Virus record (IMG/VR): IMGVR_UViG_3300009430_000004
Coordinates: 154,089 to 218,088 of that record
Reading direction: 5' to 3' (one strand)
Length of the DNA: 64,000 bases
Below are positions 10,198 through 19,685 of the stretch, piece after piece. Every line of letters begins with the position of its first letter. The stretch's first letter is position 1. Position numbers and translations under genes: made by a program. Under the pieces are notes generated by a model, which was given only the letters and a program-made list of their open reading frames with translations, made no database searches and was not told where the DNA came from.

Positions 10198-11148
10198 TTA
10201 TTTATCGAGAGTCATAAGGTCGGCATAAATCTTAGCCCCATTAACGTCTACAATATCCTCAAGGACATATTGATTGTTTATATACGCCCCATTAGTAACT
10301 GACAAAACGTTGTAAAGAAAATAGGGAAATGATTCTAATGCCAGTAATGCTGCTGCATCATACATATGAATATATGCCTCCATGTAGCTCCTTACAGTTA
10401 AATCTTTAAGTCCTAGATTCATACCCTCTTTTGTTAGAGCCTTAACAAATGTTGAGAAGTCAGTGAAATCTTCTGGAACCATCATATCATTAATCTCTTT
10501 TAAAACGAAAGGATTACCATTTACACAATTTTTAAGTGCATAGTTAGTAACCATTTCACTATCGGTTAAACCCAGCATATTGATAAGATAGAACTTGCTT
10601 GCAAGGAATAGTACCTTATGCATTTTGCTCTTATCAACATTTAATGCATATTTCTTATTTAATACTCTAACGAACATGTTTGAGTACACCGCAGAACCGT
10701 TTGTAATGATAACATTACGAGTTGCTATTTGCTTACTGTAATGATAGCAGAGCTTAGCAAGATATGCAGATTCAATCATTGTATAAAGTTTCTTAGGGTC
10801 AATGTTAACATTGCCGTTTTCTTTATTCATTGTACCATACACATCAACTACAACAACAGCTACTACTTTATCAGCAGCATTTTTAGTTAAGAAGAATGGC
10901 ATACATGAAGGTATTTTAGCCCCATCTGGTGAATACATAAGCATGATATCCCCAGTTTCAACTTCATTAAGAACTTTATACTTTAATGGGAATTTAAAGT
11001 TCTTGTTTATTATCATAAATGCCTCTTCAAGGTTGTTCTTCTTGAGAACAGTTCCATTTTGTAATATTTTGGCTATATTGTTTGTAACTGCCCCGCTTTG
11101 ATTAAGATTCCTATATATGAAGGTATCTTGAAGCGTTTTGAATGACAT
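10198..11148 (-). CDS. Putative virion structural protein
   Basis: Long ORF; start moved to ATG 11148 behind GAAAGGA RBS and late promoter 11179..11190. Confidence 0.55.
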   Translation of the reverse strand: MSFKTLQDTFIYRNLNQSGAVTNNIAKILQNGTVLKKNNLEEAFMIINKNFKFPLKYKVLNEVETGDIMLMYSPDGAKIPSCMPFFLTKNAADKVVAVVVVDVYGTMNKENGNVNIDPKKLYTMIESAYLAKLCYHYSKQIATRNVIITNGSAVYSNMFVRVLNKKYALNVDKSKMHKVLFLASKFYLINMLGLTDSEMVTNYALKNCVNGNPFVLKEINDMMVPEDFTDFSTFVKALTKEGMNLGLKDLTVRSYMEAYIHMYDAAALLALESFPYFLYNVLSVTNGAYINNQYVLEDIVDVNGAKIYADLMTLDK

Positions 11149-11178
11149 ATTACCACATCCTTTCACACTTTTTAATAT

Positions 11179-11190
11179 TATTAGTATGTT
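11179..11190 (-). promoter_or_regulatory. Late promoter
   Basis: AACA TACTAA TA. Confidence 0.7.
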
Positions 11191-11242
11191 TCCATAGTAT
11201 GTAAGAAAAAATAGTCTCTGATTATTAAAATATTTTTTGACA

Positions 11243-11278
11243 AACTTTAATATAAAACAAATTAAGAGTATATATTAT
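11243..11278 (+). promoter_or_regulatory. Early motif TATATATTAT (11269) plus AACT-N6-TA variant (11243)
   Basis: Upstream of nuclease-sbcD-dnaB operon. Confidence 0.6.
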
Positions 11279-11292
11279 ATAACCGAGGAGGG

Positions 11293-11955
11293 GTGAAAAT
11301 GTATAATAGTGGGCATACTCAGTATTTTAATAGTGATAATATAGAAGTGCCTAGTGCAACGACCGTATTAAAGATTTTAAATAAACCTGCCCTTGTTAAA
11401 TGGGCTAATTATTTAGGCTTCAAGAGACAAAATGTCGATGAAGTGTTAGATGCATCAGCTACTATTGGCACATTAGTGCATCAATTGATATATAGTTACT
11501 TAATGGATAAGTATGTTATATGGATTGGGACAAGAAAATGTGGTAAAGCTACTGCAATGATGTATATGAACAGCTTCCTTGAATGGAAAAGGACACATGA
11601 AGTGAAACCTACATTCATGGAAAAACAATTTACCAGCAAAAGATTTGGTGGTACAATAGATTTTTACGGTGAAGTCGATGGTAAAAAGACAGTATTAGAC
11701 TTCAAAACATCAAAGAAACCTTATTCGTCTATGTTCCTTCAGTTAGCAGCTTACTGTATAATGTTAGAAGAGGCTGGATATGAAGTAGAACAATTGGCGA
11801 TTATAATTATTAATAACTCAGGTTATAATGAAAAGTTTATAACAAGGGAGGAGATACAAAGGTATATTGACGTATTCATAAAACTCGTGGAAGTATTTCA
11901 TAACTGGTACGACTTGAATATAGAGCATGGATGGGGGGATATACTTGCAAAATAA
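11293..11955 (+). CDS. PD-(D/E)XK family nuclease
   Basis: GTLVH, GGTIDF, VLDFKTS, QLAAY motifs. Confidence 0.85.
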   Translation: MKMYNSGHTQYFNSDNIEVPSATTVLKILNKPALVKWANYLGFKRQNVDEVLDASATIGTLVHQLIYSYLMDKYVIWIGTRKCGKATAMMYMNSFLEWKRTHEVKPTFMEKQFTSKRFGGTIDFYGEVDGKKTVLDFKTSKKPYSSMFLQLAAYCIMLEEAGYEVEQLAIIIINNSGYNEKFITREEIQRYIDVFIKLVEVFHNWYDLNIEHGWGDILAK

Positions 11956-13132
11956 TCCGTATGTTGGAGCCATTTTCGCTGACGTTCATACAGGTGCGTT
12001 TAAACCTGTTATACTATACAATGAGTTTAAGGAAGAGGCTCTAGAATATCTAGAAGGACTAGCAATCCTTGATTTTATAGTTATTTGTGGAGATTTCTTC
12101 CACACTAAGTTATCAATGAATTCAGACCACGCTAAGTATGCATTTCAAATACTGATGAGATTATTAGACATCTGTGAGAAGAAAAATGCTAAACTTAGGA
12201 TAGTTAAAGGTACTGAAAGTCATGACAATAAACAATTAGAAATATTTGAGTCTATAATCAAAATGAGCAAGTATGACTTTAAGATTATAGACACAGTTGG
12301 AACAGAAATGTTATTTGACGATATGAAGGTTCTATATATACCAGAGGAATATGTAGAAGACAAGGATGAATATTATAAGGACTATTTTGACCAAGAATAT
12401 GATATGATATTCGGACATGGTTTAGTGTCAGAAGTTGTATTCGTAGCTTCAAGGCAGGAGAGTGAAGAAACTATGGCTAAAGCTCCTGTATTTAAATCAG
12501 AAGAATTGCTCAGAATATGCAAAGGACCTGTATTCTTTGGACATATTCATACACCTCAGGTCATTAATGATAGATTTATTTATGTTGGTTCATTTTCAAG
12601 ATGGAGTTTTGGTGAAGAAGAAGATAAAGGGTTTTATACCGTATCATATGAAACTGACAGCAGTAATTTCATGACAGAGTTTATTGTCAATAAGAAAGCG
12701 AGGAAATATGATACTATTACTATAGACTATACTTCGCCAATATTTGATAAATCTGAAACTGAACAAGTAGATTATCTAATTAAGTTAGCAAATTCTCTTG
12801 TAATTGATTATTTGAGACTTGAGATAAATATACCTGAGGAATACGACAAATCGCCATTATTGGTGAATATGATTAATGATGTCTTTAATAAATATCCAAA
12901 TATAAAGACAAAGATTAATAACAACAAGAAGCTTCGACAAAAGAAAGAAACAGAAGAAAAGATAAATCTATTATTAACACGATATGGATTTATATTCGAT
13001 AAAACGCTGAGCCATGAGGAGAAACTTTCATTGTTTATTAAAGAAAAATACAACAGAAACATTCCTGTAAATAAGATGAGACAATATCTTTATGAGCAGT
13101 TAAGAGTTAGGGGGTCTCAGCATGGTGTCTAG
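11927..13132 (+). CDS. sbcD: SbcD/Mre11-like metallophosphoesterase nuclease
   Basis: ADVH, GDFFH, GTESHD, FGH, GHIH, YVGS motifs. Confidence 0.85.
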   Translation: MDGGIYLQNNPYVGAIFADVHTGAFKPVILYNEFKEEALEYLEGLAILDFIVICGDFFHTKLSMNSDHAKYAFQILMRLLDICEKKNAKLRIVKGTESHDNKQLEIFESIIKMSKYDFKIIDTVGTEMLFDDMKVLYIPEEYVEDKDEYYKDYFDQEYDMIFGHGLVSEVVFVASRQESEETMAKAPVFKSEELLRICKGPVFFGHIHTPQVINDRFIYVGSFSRWSFGEEEDKGFYTVSYETDSSNFMTEFIVNKKARKYDTITIDYTSPIFDKSETEQVDYLIKLANSLVIDYLRLEINIPEEYDKSPLLVNMINDVFNKYPNIKTKINNNKKLRQKKETEEKINLLLTRYGFIFDKTLSHEEKLSLFIKEKYNRNIPVNKMRQYLYEQLRVRGSQHGV

Positions 13133-14780
13133 AAATAATAAATTCAAGCTAGTTGAATATGAGCAAAAGAAAATACCACTAAAATTCGATATTACAATGC
13201 TAAATATGTTAGTAGGATACTTGTTTAAGAAGTCAGCACAGATTACTAGAAAGTCCTTAACAAGTATGAATAAGTTATTTACAATAATAGATGAAAGGGT
13301 ATATGAAGGCAATGAGCAACTAGAGGCTAGACTTAATTTTATAAATAGAGCATTGAAAGCAAGACTTGAGCTCGGCATGGAGAATGAAAATGTAATAATT
13401 AACTTTTGTCGAACTGACAACTATAATAAAGAGAATGACGAAATAATAAAGAACCTTGAAATATATAAGAGAATTAATTTCGAGGAAATAAAGTTTATAA
13501 ATAAGGCAGTAGAAGATAGACTTCAATATGCCGACTTATTTAATTACAAAGACCACCTATATTCAACGGTGGAGAAATTAGACTCAGGTGATTATGACTC
13601 ATTTCAAGAAATAAATAATGAGTTGCTGAGTATATGTAAGGTTATAGTTAATAATAGTAGAAAGATTAAGGTTGTTGAAGAAGTTGATACATTCAGCTTA
13701 GACCCTGAAACTTTCGAAGATAATGTAACTGATATAGTTAATAGACTGAAAGACCCATCAAGAATACTCAAGACAGGACTTCAGAAGCTTAATCAAATAT
13801 TAGCTCCTGGATACCAGTCTAAGAGACTTTATATGTATATGGGTCTTCCAGCAGGATTTAAGTCAGGTATCTTGTTGAAAACTGCAAGAGATATTAAGAA
13901 GTTCAACAAGGGTGTAATGACAAAGAAAGCAGGAAAGAGTCCATGTGTGTTATTAGTCACCATGGAAAACTCTGTGGAAGAATCAATTGAACGTCTATTT
14001 AATATGACAGTTACCCCTGATGATATCAGAAACTTCACAGCTAAACAAGTTGTTAAGATGCTTAAGGAACAAGGGGAACTCATACTTAAAGATGACGAAG
14101 ATATTGATATCATCATTAAATACTATCCAAATAGAAGTATTGATACCAATGACCTCTATACAATTATAGAGGAATTATCAGATGACAACAAAGAAGTTAT
14201 AGCTTTAATTCTTGACTATATTAAGAGAATCAGACCTGCTGAAAAAGCAAAGGATGAAAAAGAAGAATTAAAGAATGTAACAAACGAATTAAAGAATTTG
14301 GCAACAGAGTTAGATATACCAGTTATAACAGCTCATCAGTTAAATAGGGCAGGTGCTGGAGCAGTAGATGCCGCAATGCAAGCTAATAAAGAAGACTTAG
14401 CAAGATTTGTTGGTAGAGCTAATGTAGGTAGTGCTTGGGAAGTTGTAGAAAACTCAGACTGGTGCTGTATTATTAACGTTGAGAAGAAACGTGATACTGG
14501 TCAATATTATCTAACATTCAAGAGAGTTAAGATAAGGTATAGAGACCCTAATGATTTAGGTTACTTCAATCATCCATTCGTTATGGGTAATAGGATGCAG
14601 CTTATTGATGACATGGGTCTTGATAAACCATTATCTGAAGAAAGCTTATCATCAGACTTCGAGGGTGTTGAGCTTGGAAACAAGAAAGGTAAGAGAAATG
14701 CAACTGAACGTGAGGTCATTGATGATGACAATGATAGTGATATCTTTGAATTTGCATGTGCAATAAATTCAAGAAAATAA
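13122..14780 (+). CDS. dnaB: DnaB-like replicative helicase
   Basis: Variant Walker A GLPAGFKS, TMEN, LILDYI, ITAHQLNR motifs. Confidence 0.85.
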   Translation: MVSRNNKFKLVEYEQKKIPLKFDITMLNMLVGYLFKKSAQITRKSLTSMNKLFTIIDERVYEGNEQLEARLNFINRALKARLELGMENENVIINFCRTDNYNKENDEIIKNLEIYKRINFEEIKFINKAVEDRLQYADLFNYKDHLYSTVEKLDSGDYDSFQEINNELLSICKVIVNNSRKIKVVEEVDTFSLDPETFEDNVTDIVNRLKDPSRILKTGLQKLNQILAPGYQSKRLYMYMGLPAGFKSGILLKTARDIKKFNKGVMTKKAGKSPCVLLVTMENSVEESIERLFNMTVTPDDIRNFTAKQVVKMLKEQGELILKDDEDIDIIIKYYPNRSIDTNDLYTIIEELSDDNKEVIALILDYIKRIRPAEKAKDEKEELKNVTNELKNLATELDIPVITAHQLNRAGAGAVDAAMQANKEDLARFVGRANVGSAWEVVENSDWCCIINVEKKRDTGQYYLTFKRVKIRYRDPNDLGYFNHPFVMGNRMQLIDDMGLDKPLSEESLSSDFEGVELGNKKGKRNATEREVIDDDNDSDIFEFACAINSRK

Positions 14781-14798
14781 AGTGATGGGGGTTATAAA

Positions 14799-15125
14799 AT
14801 GTCTACAAATATTACTAGATTAAAAGAGTTGATTGGCAAAGAAATGGACATGGGACTTATCTATTGGGAGGAATATGATTTCAAAAAGACACACAATCAC
14901 ATGAATATCGGAACGTACAAAATCGAGTATAAAAAGATTCTGAAAGAACAGTTCGATATTGAAACTCCATACAATAAGCTAAGTGAAGAAGAAACTGCTA
15001 AAGTCTTAGATGGGTTTGAGAAAAAATTCCGTGTATCAACCGAGCTATTTAAACTCAGAAATACAGTACATCAATTCAGAGCACCACAATTACAATTGTG
15101 GATACAACTTAGTAAGAAGAAGTAA
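14799..15125 (+). CDS. Hypothetical protein
   Basis: 108 aa with GGGGG RBS, in operon. Confidence 0.6.
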   Translation: MSTNITRLKELIGKEMDMGLIYWEEYDFKKTHNHMNIGTYKIEYKKILKEQFDIETPYNKLSEEETAKVLDGFEKKFRVSTELFKLRNTVHQFRAPQLQLWIQLSKKK

Positions 15126-15141
15126 TGGGGGTATACTGAAT

Positions 15142-15369
15142 ATGAAAAAGAAGATATTAAGATTTATTCAGTTTATTACCAATGTACACAGAATACACCA
15201 TATTACGTATTCTTATGGATGGACATTTAAACCGATACCAATTGGATACTTTGATGGATATAAAGAGAAAGACTGTAAAGAAAACTGGTGGGCTCTAAAG
15301 AAAATCAAAGGATTCCATGTTATAAAAAGAAAAGATTTTCATGATTGTACCACAACGGGTACATATTAA
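15142..15369 (+). CDS. Hypothetical protein
   Basis: Start moved to ATG 15142 after GGGGG RBS; followed by terminator. Confidence 0.55.
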   Translation: MKKKILRFIQFITNVHRIHHITYSYGWTFKPIPIGYFDGYKEKDCKENWWALKKIKGFHVIKRKDFHDCTTTGTY

Positions 15370-15372
15370 TAT

Positions 15373-15416
15373 AAAAAAATAAAATCGGGGTAGCTTATGC
15401 TACCCTTAATTTTTTT
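15373..15416. terminator. Bidirectional terminator
   Basis: GGGTAGC / GCTACCC between convergent genes. Confidence 0.7.
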
Positions 15417-15702
15417 GGCTTATTGACCTATTCTTAACCTCTATCTTCGTCCAATACCCATGAAGATGAGGGGTTGTTCGTATCATATTGAAAAATGAGC
15501 TCGGAATATCTCGTTTATATGTATTACAACTTATTATATGTTTAAGTATATCCAATGACACTATATTCTGTCGTATTAAACTGAACTCAAAATCCTCATT
15601 AAAGAATTCATATATAACATGATAATACACTGATAATTTAACCCTTTCAGCAATAGTTAGGTCTTCTCCATTTACAGTCTTAATTATACTCTCCATACTC
15701 AT
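15406..15702 (-). CDS. Hypothetical protein
   Basis: 98 aa, AGGGGG RBS, downstream of CGTA-class promoter. Confidence 0.55.
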   Translation of the reverse strand: MSMESIIKTVNGEDLTIAERVKLSVYYHVIYEFFNEDFEFSLIRQNIVSLDILKHIISCNTYKRDIPSSFFNMIRTTPHLHGYWTKIEVKNRSISQKN

Positions 15703-15804
15703 ACCCCCTAAAACCTTTGTCGGAACATAAAAAATATAAGTCCAAAAGATAAACTTATAATTTTTCCAATAGAATATAATAATAGATGCCGTACCTTAAC
15801 GTCA

Positions 15805-15844
15805 TCCATTATTATAATATATATTTTCTGGATTTGAATATACG
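15805..15844 (-). promoter_or_regulatory. CGTA-N17-TATATATTAT promoter
   Basis: Plus-strand ATAATATATA 15814-23, TACG 15841-44. Confidence 0.65.
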
Positions 15845-15845
15845 A

Positions 15846-16274
15846 TTATAGTCCAGCCTCTCTATTATTGAGTTTTAGAGCATCATCCTCTAAAATAAGT
15901 ATTTCATTGATTACATCAAATATGTCCATTGTGAACAATTTTAATGTTTTCATAGTAAACTGAGACGCACTTGTCAGATTATTTATTCTAAGAATCATAG
16001 ACCATAACTCAGTTGTCCCATAAATTTCAAAACTTAATCTTTTTGGTTGAAATTTATATTTAGCGAACTCCTCTTCTGATAAAGTAACAGTTGATATTAT
16101 CTTTCTAAGATGGTCATGATATTTATCTAACAACGATGTATAATTAACGATTATTCTAGTATTGTTATTATCAATAAAAGAACTTTTTAAGTGTAGCTTA
16201 GCATGGGATATGTCTTGAGTTTTACCAAACTCAATGAGGTCTTGAATAGTATTACACTTTGTTATTGTTAACAT
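15846..16274 (-). CDS. Baseplate wedge/tail protein X-like (LysM-related) protein
   Basis: P.RLSFEIYGTTELWSMILRINN motif typical of gp53/tail-X-like proteins; AGGAGG RBS. Confidence 0.6.
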   Translation of the reverse strand: MLTITKCNTIQDLIEFGKTQDISHAKLHLKSSFIDNNNTRIIVNYTSLLDKYHDHLRKIISTVTLSEEEFAKYKFQPKRLSFEIYGTTELWSMILRINNLTSASQFTMKTLKLFTMDIFDVINEILILEDDALKLNNREAGL

Positions 16275-16285
16275 TTTTTCACCTC

Positions 16286-16663
16286 CTAAACGTTATCTGT
16301 AATATATACAGCCCTAATGTTTCTATCCATAAAACAACAAATAAATCTAGCACCTGAATGTATGATGCCGTTTATATCAGCTTTAAATTGTAAATCCGTA
16401 TTAGCAAACCTAGGTATGGTTATCCAGTTTTGTGTGGTAACTGAATTAGTTGGTGAAGGTTTGCACTCTTCGTCGTTCAAGAATATATTGCTATTGAACA
16501 CGACATTGTTAGTCGAGGGGTTACCCTTGCCTATTAATGGCATAATTTTTGGGACATTCATCTTAAATGAACCGCTACCGTGACTATGATTTCCAATCAA
16601 AAAACAATACTCCATTTGATTTATATCATATTCTTCCAGACAATCCATAATCATCTTAATCAC
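16286..16663 (-). CDS. Putative baseplate/virion protein
   Basis: 125 aa beta-rich, upstream TACA-N6-TA late-like motif, co-transcribed with tail-X-like gene. Confidence 0.45.
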   Translation of the reverse strand: MIKMIMDCLEEYDINQMEYCFLIGNHSHGSGSFKMNVPKIMPLIGKGNPSTNNVVFNSNIFLNDEECKPSPTNSVTTQNWITIPRFANTDLQFKADINGIIHSGARFICCFMDRNIRAVYITDNV

Positions 16664-16696
16664 CTCTTTCTAATATATTTCCTTATATTAATGTAG

Positions 16697-16730
16697 AAAA
16701 AAATAAGAAGAGGTGTAACCCTCTTCTTAA
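16697..16730 (-). terminator. Intrinsic terminator
   Basis: AAGAAGAGG / CCTCTTCTT. Confidence 0.7.
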
Positions 16731-17014
16731 CAAGCGACAACAAACCATAAAATCAATACGGGATGTATCATATAAGATCCATAAAACTCAATCCTAAATT
16801 CATGAGAATCAACACCAAATTTTTCCTCACAGAATAATTTGAATTTTTCAATATCTTCAGGTGTTACATCTTCATATTTTACGTCCATACCTGCTTCTTT
16901 TAAAGCCTCTGTAAATCTCTCATTAGGTGTCAACTCACGAAATGAAGGTTGGTCATACTTCGATTTGTATTCATCATCAAATTTGATAATAGCCTTTTTC
17001 TTTTCGGCTTCCAT
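16727..17014 (-). CDS. Hypothetical protein
   Basis: 95 aa, AGGAGG RBS. Confidence 0.6.
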   Translation of the reverse strand: MEAEKKKAIIKFDDEYKSKYDQPSFRELTPNERFTEALKEAGMDVKYEDVTPEDIEKFKLFCEEKFGVDSHEFRIEFYGSYMIHPVLILWFVVAC

Positions 17015-17025
17015 TGTTATCCCTC

Positions 17026-17631
17026 CTACAGATTAATCTTGATGCAAATCTTTTCAGCTCTTAATTTAGCTTTATCAAGATGACCCATCAATATAAATAA
17101 ATGTTGAGGTTTTGAAACTGAAAATCCATTAATGGAAATTGCGTGTTTACTTATCTCCAAATGCCATGATGCTAGAGTTAAATCTTCTACTATCACGGAA
17201 TGTAAGTAAATTTCTTTCTCAAGTAGAATATCAATTATTGAACACATTAATACATTATCAACCTTTGTCTTACATAAGGTAAGGACATTCTTTACATCTA
17301 AAGAATCACCATATAGAATATTACTTCTGAGGTATGTTAACTGAAATATTGGTCCAGCATCTAATAGTTTGAAATCAAATATTGGATCAAGTCCAGTTGG
17401 CTTAGTTTGTTCATATATGTCCAACACATTGGTTGGGAATAGCAATTCCATTATATCTGAATCAATTTTTCTAGCAGCTTTATTTACTGCTTCGATATCA
17501 ATATCTTTTTCCATTCCAGAAAGTTTTCTTAATATTTCTCCGAATTTGTCTTGGGGGTTTGATTTTAAATCAATACCTATAAACCCAATTGTTGGTTCTG
17601 TTCCATTCATCTTTGCTTTTTCATTAAACAT
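17026..17631 (-). CDS. Hypothetical protein
   Basis: 201 aa, AGGGAG RBS. Confidence 0.6.
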   Translation of the reverse strand: MFNEKAKMNGTEPTIGFIGIDLKSNPQDKFGEILRKLSGMEKDIDIEAVNKAARKIDSDIMELLFPTNVLDIYEQTKPTGLDPIFDFKLLDAGPIFQLTYLRSNILYGDSLDVKNVLTLCKTKVDNVLMCSIIDILLEKEIYLHSVIVEDLTLASWHLEISKHAISINGFSVSKPQHLFILMGHLDKAKLRAEKICIKINL

Positions 17632-17744
17632 GTTTCCACATCTCCCTTTGTCATATTTTTTTAGTTTATTTGATTTTTACTATCTTTAATACATTTAAAT
17701 AATATACAAATAAATCGGCGTTTGTTGATTAGAGGTGATGAAGA

Positions 17745-18917
17745 ATGGGAATAGAATTAAATTCGCAACAAACCGATACAGTTGATAGATTAGTTAAATG
17801 GTGGCATAGTAGAGATAAACAAACCTTTGAGATATCAGGACCTGCTGGTTCTGGTAAGACTACATTGGTTTATTATCTAATTGAGCGAATAGGGATAGAC
17901 CCTAAAAAAGTATTATTTATGGCTTATGTTGGCAAGGCAACAATGGCACTTGCTAGAAAAGGAAATTTTGCTAAGACTATACATAGCACTATTTATAGAT
18001 TAGTTGAAGTTCCTAAACTAGATAATGAAGGAAATCCTATAAAGAAAAATAATAGGGTTGTAACAACAACTGTTTTTCAGAAGAAGGATAAGATAGATGA
18101 TGATATACAGGCGTTAGTTATTGATGAGGGTTCTATGGTAAATAAACAGATAGCTGAGGATATACTTAGCTTTAATTTGCCAATAATTGTACTAGGAGAC
18201 CTAAACCAGCTACCCCCTGTATTCGGAGACTCTTATTTCTTACAAAAACCTGATAGTGTACTTACTCAAGTTATGAGACAGATGGAAAATGACCCAATAG
18301 TACATTTAAGTCAGAGAGCTATAAGAGGAGAATATCTAAACATAGGTAAATATGGACCTATGTGTTTTGTTATTGATAAGGAAGTTATCAATGATAATTT
18401 ATTAATTAAGTCTGATATAGTTATCTGTGGAAAAAATAAAACAAGAGAAGATATCAATAACTATGTAAGACGACAAATTAAAGGAATTAAATCTGACATA
18501 CCAGTTATGGGAGAAAAACTTATATGTAGACAGAATAACTGGAACCTATCTGTTGGAGGGGATATATTCCTCATAAACGGTTTAATAGGTTATATGGAGG
18601 GTATCTATCTTGATACCTATAATAAGAAGTCTATTTGCATAGATTTCAGACCAGAGTTTATGGAAGATGACTACTTTGAGAAGATACCAATGGACTATGA
18701 ATACTTATTCCAGACTTATGAGGAAAAAAAACGAGGCAAGAGAAGTTACTATAATAAGTTTGAATTTGCATATGCCATTACTGCACACTTAGCACAAGGT
18801 TCGCAGTATGATAAAGTAATGATATATGACGAAAGAATAGGTGACAGAGATTACTATAGGAAATGGTTGTACACAGCCATAACTAGGGCTGTTAAAGGAT
18901 TAGTAGTAGCTGTATAA
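17745..18917 (+). CDS. SF1B helicase (RecD/Dda-like)
   Basis: GPAGSGKTT, IDEGSM, GDLNQLPPV, AYAITAHLAQGSQY, YTAITRA motifs. Confidence 0.9.
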   Translation: MGIELNSQQTDTVDRLVKWWHSRDKQTFEISGPAGSGKTTLVYYLIERIGIDPKKVLFMAYVGKATMALARKGNFAKTIHSTIYRLVEVPKLDNEGNPIKKNNRVVTTTVFQKKDKIDDDIQALVIDEGSMVNKQIAEDILSFNLPIIVLGDLNQLPPVFGDSYFLQKPDSVLTQVMRQMENDPIVHLSQRAIRGEYLNIGKYGPMCFVIDKEVINDNLLIKSDIVICGKNKTREDINNYVRRQIKGIKSDIPVMGEKLICRQNNWNLSVGGDIFLINGLIGYMEGIYLDTYNKKSICIDFRPEFMEDDYFEKIPMDYEYLFQTYEEKKRGKRSYYNKFEFAYAITAHLAQGSQYDKVMIYDERIGDRDYYRKWLYTAITRAVKGLVVAV

Positions 18918-19029
18918 AAAAAATAATATGCGGGAGGTCTATCTATCCAGATATAACCTCCCTCTTCCTTAGGGTAATTGATAATTAGACTATATTTTTT
19001 AGTGTCTCAATTATCATTTATGTGTATAC
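18916..19029 (-). ncRNA. Candidate early small RNA (~110 nt)
   Basis: CGTA-N17-TATATATTAT-N6-GTA promoter, 12-bp hairpin, terminator with T-tract only on this strand, no RBS-led ORF. Confidence 0.5.
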
Positions 19030-19066
19030 ACAATTATAATATATATCTGTGTTGGACTACTTTACG
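19027..19066 (-). promoter_or_regulatory. CGTA-N17-TATATATTAT-N6-GTA promoter
   Basis: ATAATATATA 19036-45, TACG 19063-66. Confidence 0.7.
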
Positions 19067-19098
19067 GTTTTCCTAAATACAGAAAAAATAATTTAGAT

Positions 19099-19133
19099 TA
19101 TATATTATATGTAGGTATCAGAACAAATTTATA
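19099..19133 (+). promoter_or_regulatory. Early (19099) and late (19122) promoters in tandem
   Basis: TATATATTAT ATGTAG GTA; AACA AATTTA TA. Confidence 0.65.
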
Positions 19134-19150
19134 AGAAGGGATGGGTTTAT

Positions 19151-19312
19151 ATGGAACCACCAAAGGTTTTAGCAGACCTTATGAAACCTTTGACTCAAAG
19201 GAACATACAATTGGCGACAGAAACGCCAGAAGAAAAAATGCAACGAATAAAAGACCAATTTGGTCTTTACCATGGTCCTGGTAAAAGGAAGAAAAAGAAG
19301 AAGAAAAAATAA
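19151..19312 (+). CDS. 53-aa protein with poly-lysine tail (not in ORF track)
   Basis: MEPPKVL...GPGKRKKKKKKK; AAGAAGGG RBS; early and late promoters directly upstream. Confidence 0.65.
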   Translation: MEPPKVLADLMKPLTQRNIQLATETPEEKMQRIKDQFGLYHGPGKRKKKKKKK

Positions 19313-19334
19313 ATATAAAAGGAGGGTGGGTTAA

Positions 19335-19613
19335 ATGGATTTAGAAAAATTGCAACAAATTATTGCTTACCTTGGAGGAGAGAATAAAATAGCAGGATTT
19401 GTATTTGACAATAGTGGAAGAAGACTATTTGAGAAAGATTTCAGTCTTGCTAAATATCTCATTCCTGATACTGAAGTTTTAGTATTTGTGGAAAAGGATG
19501 GTTATGGAAACACGTTTAAAGTGTTTAAAGCAGTTAGTGATATCCAGACTGTAATAGGAGTCGATGATGTTGCTACCATAGACCACATAGATACAAGATT
19601 TATAAGCATGTAA
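19335..19613 (+). CDS. Hypothetical protein
   Basis: 92 aa, AAGGAGGG RBS, terminator downstream. Confidence 0.65.
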   Translation: MDLEKLQQIIAYLGGENKIAGFVFDNSGRRLFEKDFSLAKYLIPDTEVLVFVEKDGYGNTFKVFKAVSDIQTVIGVDDVATIDHIDTRFISM

Positions 19614-19661
19614 AAAGAATATGTATATAGTAGGATTTTATTCTACTATATACATATTTTT
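19612..19661 (+). terminator. Intrinsic terminator
   Basis: AATATGTATATAGTAG / CTACTATATACATATT. Confidence 0.7.
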
Positions 19662-19685
19662 AATCTATATAAAGGAGGTGGGGTA

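Noticed and set aside
19280-19312. Poly-basic tail as a eukaryote-like nuclear localisation signal
   Set aside because: The host is bacterial and no shell protein is identified; resemblance to SV40 NLS is likely compositional.
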